Shown here: piece after piece, positions 45,445 to 54,396 of the stretch | Numbering within the stretch: the first letter of the stretch is position 1 | How the letters are laid out: the number at the start of each line of letters is the position of its first letter | Source of the DNA: Fidelibacterota bacterium | GTDB taxonomy: Bacteria; Fidelibacterota; Marinisomatia; Marinisomatales; Marinisomataceae | Direction of reading: 5' to 3' | Length of the DNA stretch: 64,000 nt | Assembly (NCBI GenBank): GCA_016777965.1 | Contig: JADHQL010000002.1 | Coordinates: 50,642-114,641, forward strand | The notes under the pieces: model-generated | What the model saw: the letters and a program-made list of their open reading frames with translations, nothing else | Database searches by the model: none | Told to the model about the DNA's origin: nothing | Position numbers and translations under genes: made by a program

Positions 45445-47233
45445 TTATTTAAATCGAGCAATAGATTGGCTTTGTTTATTTCTATTTTTGATTCTCATAT
45501 CTTTTCCAATATTTCAGATTCTTGGAAGATATATTAGTTTTTTTTCAATTCCAGCGTCGCAAGAAATTGTTCAACATATGACATTATGGATTGGTTTTAT
45601 TGGTGCAGTCATTGCAGCAAAATCTAATAAATTATTATCCGTTGTTAGAGAGCCTGTGTTTGATTCTTCAACTAAAGTAGATTTGCCTAAATTTTTTGTT
45701 CATGTTTTTTCGCTATCAATTGTATTTGTTTTATCAATATCATACTTAAAAATGATACAGATTGGTTTTCAGTATCCAGACTATATAGCACCATATATTC
45801 CAACATGGTTTGCTCAGTTAATAATTCCAGTAGGACTAATTTTAATTTGGTATCAAATGATAATAACTAGTAGTACAGATTTAAAATATAGAGTTTTGTT
45901 AATGGTAATTTCAATTATGCCAACCATAATCCTTTTTTTCTGGCAGTTTCCACTAGCGAATCCTTTACTACTATGGACCAAGGTGTTATTTGCGATTTCA
46001 TTAGTAGTTTTTGGACTTCCCATTTTCATTCTATTAGCTTCATTATCAATTTTCTTTTTTTTGTCGGAGCCATCAGAATGGGCAACAAACTATGATTTAA
46101 TTTCTACTATAAGTGATAGCGCATATAGAATAGTTGTTTCTCCAACATTAGCTGCTATACCAATATTTACTCTTGCTGGATATATTCTAGCTGAGAGTAA
46201 TATTTCAGAAAGATTAATTAGATTTTTTAAGGCTAGTCTTGGATGGCTTCCAGGATCAACTGTTCTGATAGTTGTGCTTTTGTGCGCTTTTTTCACTGCT
46301 TTGACAGGGGGTTCAGGAGTTACAATTCTTGCTTTAGGAGCAATACTTTATCCAATTTTAATACATGATGGATATTCTAAACAATTTTCATTAGGAATAA
46401 TCACTACTGCAGGATCATTAGGATTGCTTTTTCCGCCAAGTCTTCCAGCAATAATTTATTCAGTTACTGCTGGAATAAATCCATTAGAATTATTTAAACA
46501 AGCATTAATTCCAGCAATTTTTTTAATGAGTATAATGTTTTTTTATGGTCTATATAAAAGACCAAAAAGTAAAACAGTTGAAAGATTTGTTTTTAAAGAT
46601 GCTTTTGAAAGTGCAAAAATAGCTAAATGGGAAATTGCAATTCCTTTGCTTATAATATTAAGCCTTTTTTCAGGTTTTGCTACTCTTGTAGAAAGCGCCG
46701 CTCTATTAGTTTTATATGTATTAACAGTTGAATTATATATTTTTAAGGACATATCATTCAAAAATTTACCGAAAATTATAATTGATTGTTCTTCTCTAGT
46801 AGGTGGAGTATTGATTATTCTTGGCTTTGCTATGGGATTTACTGGTTATTTAGTGGATGCACAAATTCCTTTAAAAATTCTTGACTTTGTTCAAAGTACA
46901 ATATCATCAAAAATTATATTTTTACTTGCGCTAAATATTTTACTATTAATTGTTGGTTGTCTGATGGATGTATTTTCTGCAATTATTGTTGTTGTACCAT
47001 TGATTGCTCCTCTTGCAACTTATTTTGGAATAGATCCGTTTCATTTAGCAATCATTTTCATTGCTAATCTTGAGCTTGGATATATCACACCCCCAGTTGG
47101 AATGAATTTATATTTATCTTCCTATAGGTTTGACAAAGATATGCCAACCATTTATAGCGCTACATTGCCGTTCTTTTTTATAAGATTAATAGGGGTAATT
47201 TTAATAACATATATTCCTTTGTTCTTTTACTAA
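45437..47233 (+). CDS. TRAP transporter fused small/large permease (DctQ-DctM fusion)
   Basis: 598 aa and polytopic. The N-terminal ~160 aa are DctQ-like and the remainder DctM-like (LTGGSGVTILALGAILYP, GSLGLLFPPSLP, PPVGMNLY). 8-nt overlap with the binding-protein gene. Confidence 0.85.
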   Translation: MNNYLNRAIDWLCLFLFLILISFPIFQILGRYISFFSIPASQEIVQHMTLWIGFIGAVIAAKSNKLLSVVREPVFDSSTKVDLPKFFVHVFSLSIVFVLSISYLKMIQIGFQYPDYIAPYIPTWFAQLIIPVGLILIWYQMIITSSTDLKYRVLLMVISIMPTIILFFWQFPLANPLLLWTKVLFAISLVVFGLPIFILLASLSIFFFLSEPSEWATNYDLISTISDSAYRIVVSPTLAAIPIFTLAGYILAESNISERLIRFFKASLGWLPGSTVLIVVLLCAFFTALTGGSGVTILALGAILYPILIHDGYSKQFSLGIITTAGSLGLLFPPSLPAIIYSVTAGINPLELFKQALIPAIFLMSIMFFYGLYKRPKSKTVERFVFKDAFESAKIAKWEIAIPLLIILSLFSGFATLVESAALLVLYVLTVELYIFKDISFKNLPKIIIDCSSLVGGVLIILGFAMGFTGYLVDAQIPLKILDFVQSTISSKIIFLLALNILLLIVGCLMDVFSAIIVVVPLIAPLATYFGIDPFHLAIIFIANLELGYITPPVGMNLYLSSYRFDKDMPTIYSATLPFFFIRLIGVILITYIPLFFY

Positions 47234-47256
47234 TTTATATTTATCTTTGTTTTATT

Positions 47257-48192
47257 ATGAGAACAAAGCACATTATTTTATCACTAATTTTATTTTCCCA
47301 GTTTGCCTTATCTCAAGGTCAAGCAGGCTCATTATTTTTAACAATTAATCCAGGCGCCAGATCAAATGCTATGGGAGAGGCTCAGATTGGTGTTGCAAAT
47401 GACGCATATGCAACATACTACAACCCTGCAGGATTGACTAATCTGTCTTCGAAAGAATTTTCTTTTATGCATACCAGTTATTTGCCAAATTTGGCTGATG
47501 ATATGGCATATGATTTTCTTACATTTGCTATGCCTTTTAGAGAAGGAGAGTCCATTGGTGGACACTTTACTTATTTGAATCTTGGCGATCAAATTAGCAC
47601 TGATGCAAACGGTAATGAACTAGGTTCTTTTTCTAGCTATATGTATGCATTAAATCTTTCCTATGCTAAACAAATTGACGATTCTTCATCCTGGGGTATT
47701 AACGGAAAATATTTTTATCAAGAATTAGCAGTTATTAACAGTCTTGATGCTTCAAGCGGTAGCTTTGCATTGGACGTTGGTTATTTCAAGCATAATGCGA
47801 TGGATAACCCAAATTTAAAACTTGGAGCAGTTCTAACTAATGTTGGTCCTGGTGTAAGCTTTAATGATGGCGAAGAAGACCCTTTGCCAACACGTTTAGG
47901 TATGGGTATGTCTTTGCTAACTTTTGAAGGTCAAGCTCTTGTTGCTTTTGACTTAAACTATGAGGTGAATGACCAAACATTTGTAACAAATTTAGGATTA
48001 GAATACTATCTAGTTGAAGACTTTGCTCTTAGAGGTGGCTTTATGAGCGATCCATCAGGTAACTTAAATTATGCAACGCTTGGTTTAGGAGCAGATTTTG
48101 AATCATTTGGTTTTGATGTAAGTTATGTGATGGGTGGAGAGCTTGATCCTCATTCTGATATGATCAGGTTTTCATTAAATGGTTCTTTATAA
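47257..48192 (+). CDS. PorV/PorQ- or UPF0164-like outer-membrane beta-barrel (FadL-like fold family)
   Basis: Signal peptide ...FALSQG, followed by GSLFLTINPGARSNAMGEAQIGVANDAYATYYNPAGL. This matches the family N-terminal signature (FL.i..gAR...mG.A.....D..a...NPAGL). The rest of the protein has alternating beta-strand character. Confidence 0.6.
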   Translation: MRTKHIILSLILFSQFALSQGQAGSLFLTINPGARSNAMGEAQIGVANDAYATYYNPAGLTNLSSKEFSFMHTSYLPNLADDMAYDFLTFAMPFREGESIGGHFTYLNLGDQISTDANGNELGSFSSYMYALNLSYAKQIDDSSSWGINGKYFYQELAVINSLDASSGSFALDVGYFKHNAMDNPNLKLGAVLTNVGPGVSFNDGEEDPLPTRLGMGMSLLTFEGQALVAFDLNYEVNDQTFVTNLGLEYYLVEDFALRGGFMSDPSGNLNYATLGLGADFESFGFDVSYVMGGELDPHSDMIRFSLNGSL

Positions 48193-48222
48193 TATCTATC
48201 TACTTAAAAGGTTCATTTAAAA

Positions 48223-48966
48223 ATGAGGCTAATATTATTTTGCATCTCAATTCTTTTTTCTAGCTGTGGTATCTCAAATCCATTTGATGATAATATTGCC
48301 TACAAAACTAGATTTGACGATGGCTTAGCTTTTTTCGAAGAAGAGAAATACGTCAAAGCTTCACAACAATTTAATATTATAGTTGACAGAGCATCACATA
48401 CAGACTTAGGAGATGATGCATTATTTTTCTTGGCTGAATCATATTTTCTAAATAAAGACTATGACCTCGCTCTTGTTGAATTTGAAAAGCTTGTATCAAG
48501 AATGGGTTTTAGTCCTTACATAGAAAAGTCAAGATGGAGAATATGTGAGACTCTTATGTTGTTATCTCCAAATTTTTATCACGATCAAGAATCGAGTAAA
48601 AAGGCTATTTCTCAGATTCAAGAGTTTCTTGATGACTTTCCCAATTCTGAATATTCTAAAGATGCAGATAAGCTTATCAATGAATTGCGAACACGTTTAG
48701 CCGAAAAAAATATGGAAACTGGAAAGTTGTATGTCAAGCTTAAAGCTTATGATTCCGCAATTGTTTCCTATAAAATTGTTGTAAATGAATTTTATGATAC
48801 TAAGTTTTTTAATGATGCTAATATCGAAATTATTAGATGTCTAGTACTTCAAAAGAAAAGCGATGAGGCAAAGCAGTATTTGAATGATCTTGAAATAAAT
48901 GACAAATCAGTTGTTACAGACTCATTTAAAGAACAAGCTTTGAGCGTCATTAAAGATAACTCTTAA
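48223..48966 (+). CDS. bamD: outer membrane protein assembly factor BamD
   Basis: Lipobox LFSSCG. TPR-like helices. F..FPNSEY..DA...I..LR..LA.K....G..Y.K...Y.SA is the BamD/YfiO pattern. Confidence 0.85.
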   Translation: MRLILFCISILFSSCGISNPFDDNIAYKTRFDDGLAFFEEEKYVKASQQFNIIVDRASHTDLGDDALFFLAESYFLNKDYDLALVEFEKLVSRMGFSPYIEKSRWRICETLMLLSPNFYHDQESSKKAISQIQEFLDDFPNSEYSKDADKLINELRTRLAEKNMETGKLYVKLKAYDSAIVSYKIVVNEFYDTKFFNDANIEIIRCLVLQKKSDEAKQYLNDLEINDKSVVTDSFKEQALSVIKDNS

Positions 48967-48979
48967 AGAAGGGTGTAAT

Positions 48980-49561
48980 ATGAAAACATGTATCTTTGGC
49001 GGAACTTTTGACCCTCCTCATATTGGTCACTTGCTTATTGCTCAAACAATCATTGAATCTGAAAACTTTGATAGATTAATTTTTTTACCAGCATATTTAT
49101 CTCCAGTAAAACGAGGCAGAGAAATGTCTTCGCCAGAAAAAAGGCTAAAAATGCTTGATTTGGCTTTGCTAAATAATGATAATTTCGAAATATCTGACTA
49201 TGAAATTAAGAAAGGAGATGTTAGTTATGCTATAAATTCAGTTAAGTATTTTAGAGATGAACTAAATATTGAAAAAAAAAATCTTTACTTTCTTATGGGA
49301 AGTGATACTTTAATGGATTTTCATAACTGGAAAAATCCTAAAGAAATTTTAGATTTATGTAATATCATTGTCGCTACTAGACCAGGATTTACTCCAAGCA
49401 ATATTCCTCAGTGGGTTTTAGATAGAGTACACTTTGCTAATATCCCCCAATTTGAAATTTCTTCAACAAATATTAGAGCGAGATGGAGAGCTGATAAAAC
49501 TATAAGATATATGGTTACAAAAGAAGTTTGGGATTTTATAAACAAGAATGGACTATACTAA
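48980..49561 (+). CDS. nadD: nicotinate-nucleotide adenylyltransferase
   Basis: FGGTFDPPHIGH, and ISST.IR near the C-terminus. Confidence 0.92.
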   Translation: MKTCIFGGTFDPPHIGHLLIAQTIIESENFDRLIFLPAYLSPVKRGREMSSPEKRLKMLDLALLNNDNFEISDYEIKKGDVSYAINSVKYFRDELNIEKKNLYFLMGSDTLMDFHNWKNPKEILDLCNIIVATRPGFTPSNIPQWVLDRVHFANIPQFEISSTNIRARWRADKTIRYMVTKEVWDFINKNGLY

Positions 49562-50484
49562 TGTTATCTAGTTTATTTTTTTTAATCTTTGGATCTTTAG
49601 GTTTATATTTTGGCTCCGAATTTTTAATTGATGGTGCTAAAAGTTTAGCTAAAAAATTAAAAGTTTCTGACCTTGTTATTGGTTTAACCATAGTTTCTAT
49701 AGGAACTTCTTTTCCTGAGCTTGTAGTAGGCCTAATTAGTGCGTTTAAAGGCTATACTGATTTCGTTATGGGGAATGTATTAGGCTCAAATATTGCAAAT
49801 ATTGGTCTTGCTATTGGTTTACCAGCATTATTTTTTAAAATAGACTTTGATTTAAAAAACTCAATTGCACCATTTATTTATAATCTTTTAGCATGTTTGA
49901 TGATATATATTTTTCTTCAGGACAACTTAATTAATTCTAAAGAGGCTCAGGGCCTTCTCTTAGTATTTTTTGTTTATATCATAGCTAGTTTTTTAAGACC
50001 TAATATCACATCATGTAATGGAGAGCTTGAAAATGAAAATGTTTGTCCAGCATATCAATCAGTTCTGAGAATAATTGCTGGGTCGACTATACTTTATTAT
50101 GGGTCAGTATTATTTGTGGATAATGGAGCAATTCCATTAGTCGAACAATTTGGTTTTTCTGAAAAGGCAGTTGGAATGACAGTTGTAGCAGTAGGAACAT
50201 CTTTACCTGAATTATTTGTTACATTGATGGCGCTTTCAAAAAGAGAGGTTGGTATATCTTTAGGAAATATTATTGGATCAAATATTTTTAATATTTTATT
50301 TGTTTTATCAACCATTGCTTTGGTGACCCCAATCGAAACTACTAATGTAAATTTTGAATTATTTTTAGGTGTTGGATTTTTACTTTCATTAATGTTTTTC
50401 ATATATCTCCATAAGGGATTAAATAAGATAACAGCTTCAATACTTTTTGTTGGATACATAACATTTTTATATTTGCAGTTCTAA
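49561..50484 (+). CDS. Ca2+/Na+ (CaCA family, YrbG-like) antiporter
   Basis: Two alpha-repeat motifs, GTSFPEL...GN.LGSNI.NI and GTSLPEL....GNIIGSNIFNIL. ATG 49561 overlaps the nadD stop (TAATG). Confidence 0.85.
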   Translation: MLSSLFFLIFGSLGLYFGSEFLIDGAKSLAKKLKVSDLVIGLTIVSIGTSFPELVVGLISAFKGYTDFVMGNVLGSNIANIGLAIGLPALFFKIDFDLKNSIAPFIYNLLACLMIYIFLQDNLINSKEAQGLLLVFFVYIIASFLRPNITSCNGELENENVCPAYQSVLRIIAGSTILYYGSVLFVDNGAIPLVEQFGFSEKAVGMTVVAVGTSLPELFVTLMALSKREVGISLGNIIGSNIFNILFVLSTIALVTPIETTNVNFELFLGVGFLLSLMFFIYLHKGLNKITASILFVGYITFLYLQF

Positions 50485-51137
50485 TGGTTGAGTTTAAAAA
50501 TATTTCTTTTAGCTATTCAAAAAATTCTGGCGTTTACGATATAGATTTAAGAGTAGATGATAGCGAATTTTGTTTTCTTGTTGGTCCAACCGGCTCTGGT
50601 AAATCTAGTCTTCTAAAAATGATTTATTTTGACATTCTTCCTTTGAAGGGCGAAATAGATGTTTTGGGCTATAATTCTAAAAAAACAAGAAAAAATAGCA
50701 TTCATAAGCTAAGAAAAAAAATTGGTGTAATTTTTCAAGACTATAAGCTCTTAAAACAGAGAACAGTTTATGAGAACATTGCATTGCCGCTTCATATCAA
50801 TGGAGTTGGTAGAAAAAAAATCAAAGATAATGTTGAAGAGGCCTTGAAATTGACCGATTTATTAGATTATCAAGATAAGTATCCTGATCAACTTTCAGGC
50901 GGGGAACAGCAAAGAGTATGTATTGCTAGAGCAATTGTCAAAAATCCTGAACTTATTTTGGCAGATGAACCTACAGGTAATCTTGACCCAGCTGCAGCTC
51001 ATAAGATTTTAAAAATTTTAGAGCAAATAAATAAAGAAGGAACTACTATTATAATGGCAACTCATAATTACAAGCTTATATCAGATAGAGATTATAGAAT
51101 AATTGAGCTTAAGGCAGGGAGTTTGGTAAGTTCATGA
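50484..51137 (+). CDS. ftsE: cell division ATP-binding protein FtsE
   Basis: Walker [10 protein letters not shown], signature LSGGEQQRV, Walker [12 protein letters not shown]. It is followed by ftsX. Confidence 0.9.
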   Translation: MVEFKNISFSYSKNSGVYDIDLRVDDSEFCFLVGPTGSGKSSLLKMIYFDILPLKGEIDVLGYNSKKTRKNSIHKLRKKIGVIFQDYKLLKQRTVYENIALPLHINGVGRKKIKDNVEEALKLTDLLDYQDKYPDQLSGGEQQRVCIARAIVKNPELILADEPTGNLDPAAAHKILKILEQINKEGTTIIMATHNYKLISDRDYRIIELKAGSLVSS

Positions 51138-51994
51138 TTGATCAATTCGCTTTTTTAATTGCTGAAGGATTTAAGAGTTTTTATCGAAATAAGCTTGCTA
51201 GCTTTTTATGTGTGATTACAATCTTTATTAATTTTTCAATACTAGGCTCTCTTTTTGTAGTTGGTTATAATACAAACTCTCTAGTTGATTTTTTTAGATC
51301 GAAATATTCTTTTGAAATTTTCCTTCAAAATGATGTTGATCAAGATGTCTATACTGACTTTATAGATGAATTATCAAAAAATAAAATAATTGCAAGTACA
51401 GAACTTATTAATAAAGAAAAATCTGCAGCTATTTTTAAAGAAGAATTTGGAGAAGACGTTGTTGAAATGTTGGGCTACAACCCCTTACCTTTATCAATCA
51501 AGGTATTTATTAATGAGGAAAGCTTTGAATTTGATCAAGTTGATTTATTGATTGAGTCAATTAATACATATAATTTCGTTGACGAAATTGAGTACAGAGG
51601 AAGATATATTGACGATATAGAAGATCGGATTAACCTAGCTATTTTCTTGTTTTTAGTATTTGTAATAGCAATCATATTTCTGTCATATCAAATCATTTCA
51701 AATACTGTTAATCTTTCAATGACTAACAGGAGAGATTTTATTGATATTTTAAAGTATAATGGAGCTTCAGGAATATTCATTAAAATTCCTTTTTATATTG
51801 AATCAATTTTATACTCAGTTTTTGGTAGTATTTTTTCATTTTTGTTTGTGAAATACTTGTTTATTTCGTTCAACACATACTTTGGGGTAAACGTGAAATT
51901 GGATGATTATTTATGGTTGTGGATTATTGGATTTTCAATATTTATTGGATTATATTCATCCAATCAATCAATGAAGAGAAATTTAAATGAATAA
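51134..51994 (+). CDS. ftsX: cell division permease-like protein FtsX
   Basis: 286 aa. The topology is TM1, a periplasmic domain, then 3 TM. 4-nt overlap with ftsE. Confidence 0.8.
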   Translation: MIDQFAFLIAEGFKSFYRNKLASFLCVITIFINFSILGSLFVVGYNTNSLVDFFRSKYSFEIFLQNDVDQDVYTDFIDELSKNKIIASTELINKEKSAAIFKEEFGEDVVEMLGYNPLPLSIKVFINEESFEFDQVDLLIESINTYNFVDEIEYRGRYIDDIEDRINLAIFLFLVFVIAIIFLSYQIISNTVNLSMTNRRDFIDILKYNGASGIFIKIPFYIESILYSVFGSIFSFLFVKYLFISFNTYFGVNVKLDDYLWLWIIGFSIFIGLYSSNQSMKRNLNE

Positions 51995-52484
51995 AAAGAA
52001 TAAAAATGGTGATGATTCACCAAAAAAAACTAGTTCAACAAAAAAGCCTACAAAAAAGGATTTAGAGCTAATTATATCTTCCTTAGAGGACAAACAGCTT
52101 CGACTTAAGGCTGAGTTTGACAATTTTCGTAAGAGAAAGGAGTCTGAAATATCATCCTTGTTAAAATATGAAGGTAAAAGTTTTATTTTAGATTTTTTTT
52201 CTGTACTAGATAATCTTTCTAGAGGCATCGATTCTTATAAGCAGAAAGAAGTAAAAAAAGCTCTTTTAATGGTAAAAGAAGATTTTAATAAAAAACTAGA
52301 ATCTAAAGGGGTTAAACCATTTGGTAAAGTTGGAGATAGTTTTGATCCAGAATTACATGAGGCTTTAACAACAACAAATGATTCAAAAATAGATGATGAT
52401 ATCATAGTTGAAATATATGAGTCAGGATACAAGTATAAAGATTTAATCATAAGACATGCCAAAGTAGTGGTAAACAAAAAATGA
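51987..52484 (+). CDS. grpE: nucleotide exchange factor GrpE
   Basis: The helix LRLKAEFDNFRKR, then FDP..HEA and I.E....GY......IR.A.V.V. Confidence 0.9.
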   Translation: MNKKNKNGDDSPKKTSSTKKPTKKDLELIISSLEDKQLRLKAEFDNFRKRKESEISSLLKYEGKSFILDFFSVLDNLSRGIDSYKQKEVKKALLMVKEDFNKKLESKGVKPFGKVGDSFDPELHEALTTTNDSKIDDDIIVEIYESGYKYKDLIIRHAKVVVNKK

Positions 52485-53560
52485 GTGATTTTTACGACAT
52501 TTTAGGCGTTTCAAAGTCTGCAAACGCAAATGAGATTAAAAGAGCTTATAGAAAGATTGCCATGAAGTACCATCCAGATAGAAATCCAGATAATAAAGAA
52601 GCAGAGAAAAAGTTTAAGAAGGCTGCAGAAGCTTACTCTGTATTAAGCGATGAAGGCAAAAGAAGACACTATGATCAATTCGGTCATTCTGCTTATAATG
52701 GAATGGGAGGACAATCTGGTTTTAATTCAATGAATATGGACGATATTTTCAGTCAATTTGGTGATATTTTTGGAGGCAATAATCCTTTTGAATCTTTTTT
52801 TGGCGGTGGGAGAACTTCATCAAGACCTAGAGCGGGTGCTGATTTAAAAGTAAAAATTGTTGTTTCATATAAAGACATAGTTAATGGCGGTGAGAAAAAA
52901 CTGAAAATTAAGCGCATGAAGCGTGCCGAAGGATTAACCTTAGCAGCATGTCCTATGTGTGGAGGAAGTGGTCAAGTAACAAAAGTTACTAACTCATTTC
53001 TTGGTCAAATGAGATCTACATCTATTTGTCCTCAATGTAATGGTTATGGTAAGGTAGTTGATAAGATACCTGCTGGTGCCAACAAAGATGGAATGAAGTC
53101 TGTTGAAGAAACAATAAAAATTAAAATTCCAACTGGTGTAGAAGATGGAAACTATATGACTTTAGATAGACAGGGAAATGAAGATATTAATGGTCAAGCT
53201 GGAGATCTTTATGTTTTCTTTGAAGAAGAAAGCCATGAGTTTTTTTCAAGGTATGGCAATGATGTGTTATTACAAGTTGTTTTAGGATATTCACAGGCTG
53301 TTTTTGGAGATAAAATTGATATTCCTACAATTAATGGAACCGCTATGCTTAAAATTCCATCTGGTATTCAACCTGGACAAATTTTGAGAGTCAAAGGAAA
53401 AGGTTTTCCCTTGATTGGAAAGTCAAGAAGAGGTGACCAGTTGGTAAAGATTCAAATTGATGTCCCTTCCAAATTAGATAGAGAAGAAAAGAAATCAACA
53501 GAAGACCTCTTTAGAATTCAAAAGAATAAAGAAATTAAATTTCAGAGATTTGAGGATTAA
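52481..53560 (+). CDS. dnaJ: molecular chaperone DnaJ (with a reduced, two-motif zinc-finger region)
   Basis: J domain DFYDILGV...YRK.AMKYHPDRNP. G/F-rich linker. Only two CxxCxGxG motifs are present (CPMCGGSG, CPQCNGYG). The C-terminal domains are present. Confidence 0.92.
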   Translation: MSDFYDILGVSKSANANEIKRAYRKIAMKYHPDRNPDNKEAEKKFKKAAEAYSVLSDEGKRRHYDQFGHSAYNGMGGQSGFNSMNMDDIFSQFGDIFGGNNPFESFFGGGRTSSRPRAGADLKVKIVVSYKDIVNGGEKKLKIKRMKRAEGLTLAACPMCGGSGQVTKVTNSFLGQMRSTSICPQCNGYGKVVDKIPAGANKDGMKSVEETIKIKIPTGVEDGNYMTLDRQGNEDINGQAGDLYVFFEEESHEFFSRYGNDVLLQVVLGYSQAVFGDKIDIPTINGTAMLKIPSGIQPGQILRVKGKGFPLIGKSRRGDQLVKIQIDVPSKLDREEKKSTEDLFRIQKNKEIKFQRFED

Positions 53561-53606
53561 TATATTGCTATGTTAGTGAATTATTGTAAATTCGATTGAG
53601 TCAAAT

Positions 53607-54392
53607 ATGAGTAAAGCAAAACAAAAATTTTTTAACGATTATCTAGAAGTTATAACCTTCTTCGTTTTTATCTTAATTTTATTAGTTATTTACATTCCTA
53701 ATTTGATTTGGGAAGAAGAGGATATGTACAAAGAAGAAAGTCGTTTTCGTATGCAAACTGTATACAATGTTGAAAATTTTCACAATATTCTCACAGGTTC
53801 CTATGAAACTGACGGTAAAAAAGCAGTTACCTTAGTTAATGCTGTAAGAGATTCAGTTATGGCTGATTCAACTTTTCTAGGAGAACAGATTGTTAAGCTC
53901 AACGGTGAAGAGTTCTTAGTTGATGTACCAAAAGGTTTTGATGTTGAGTACGATACTACTTTTGGATTAAGAAGAATTTCTAAAGAAACTATTGTTGATA
54001 CTACTGTTACAGTTTTAATGATGTCTGAAGAGACCGGTTTGGAAGATACAGTTTATGTTCAAAAGAAGAATTTATTTGATATTCAGCAAGATCCATTGTT
54101 TATGGGAATAGTTGAGGAGACTACTTTCGAAAGAGTTGAAACTGTTTCTTATTTTGATAGAAGGTTTAGAAAAGAAACTAGTCCATACAACTTTGTATTT
54201 TTACCAGATGATACACAGTTTTTTTGTCCCCTAACAGGCGATCCATATATTATCGAAATCAATGATGAAGGAAACTCAGTAAGAGTTTCTAGTCCAATTC
54301 GCTCATATCGCGATAACAGATATGGCTTTTTTGCACTAAAAACTAGAAGTCATGGTTATATCATTGACGGTTCAAGAAGTTGGGATAATTAG
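53607..54392 (+). CDS. N-terminally membrane-anchored protein, unknown function
   Basis: 261 aa with a single TM (VITFFVFILILLVIYIPNLIW) followed by a soluble domain. No motif recognised. Confidence 0.5.
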   Translation: MSKAKQKFFNDYLEVITFFVFILILLVIYIPNLIWEEEDMYKEESRFRMQTVYNVENFHNILTGSYETDGKKAVTLVNAVRDSVMADSTFLGEQIVKLNGEEFLVDVPKGFDVEYDTTFGLRRISKETIVDTTVTVLMMSEETGLEDTVYVQKKNLFDIQQDPLFMGIVEETTFERVETVSYFDRRFRKETSPYNFVFLPDDTQFFCPLTGDPYIIEINDEGNSVRVSSPIRSYRDNRYGFFALKTRSHGYIIDGSRSWDN

Positions 54393-54396
54393 TTGA

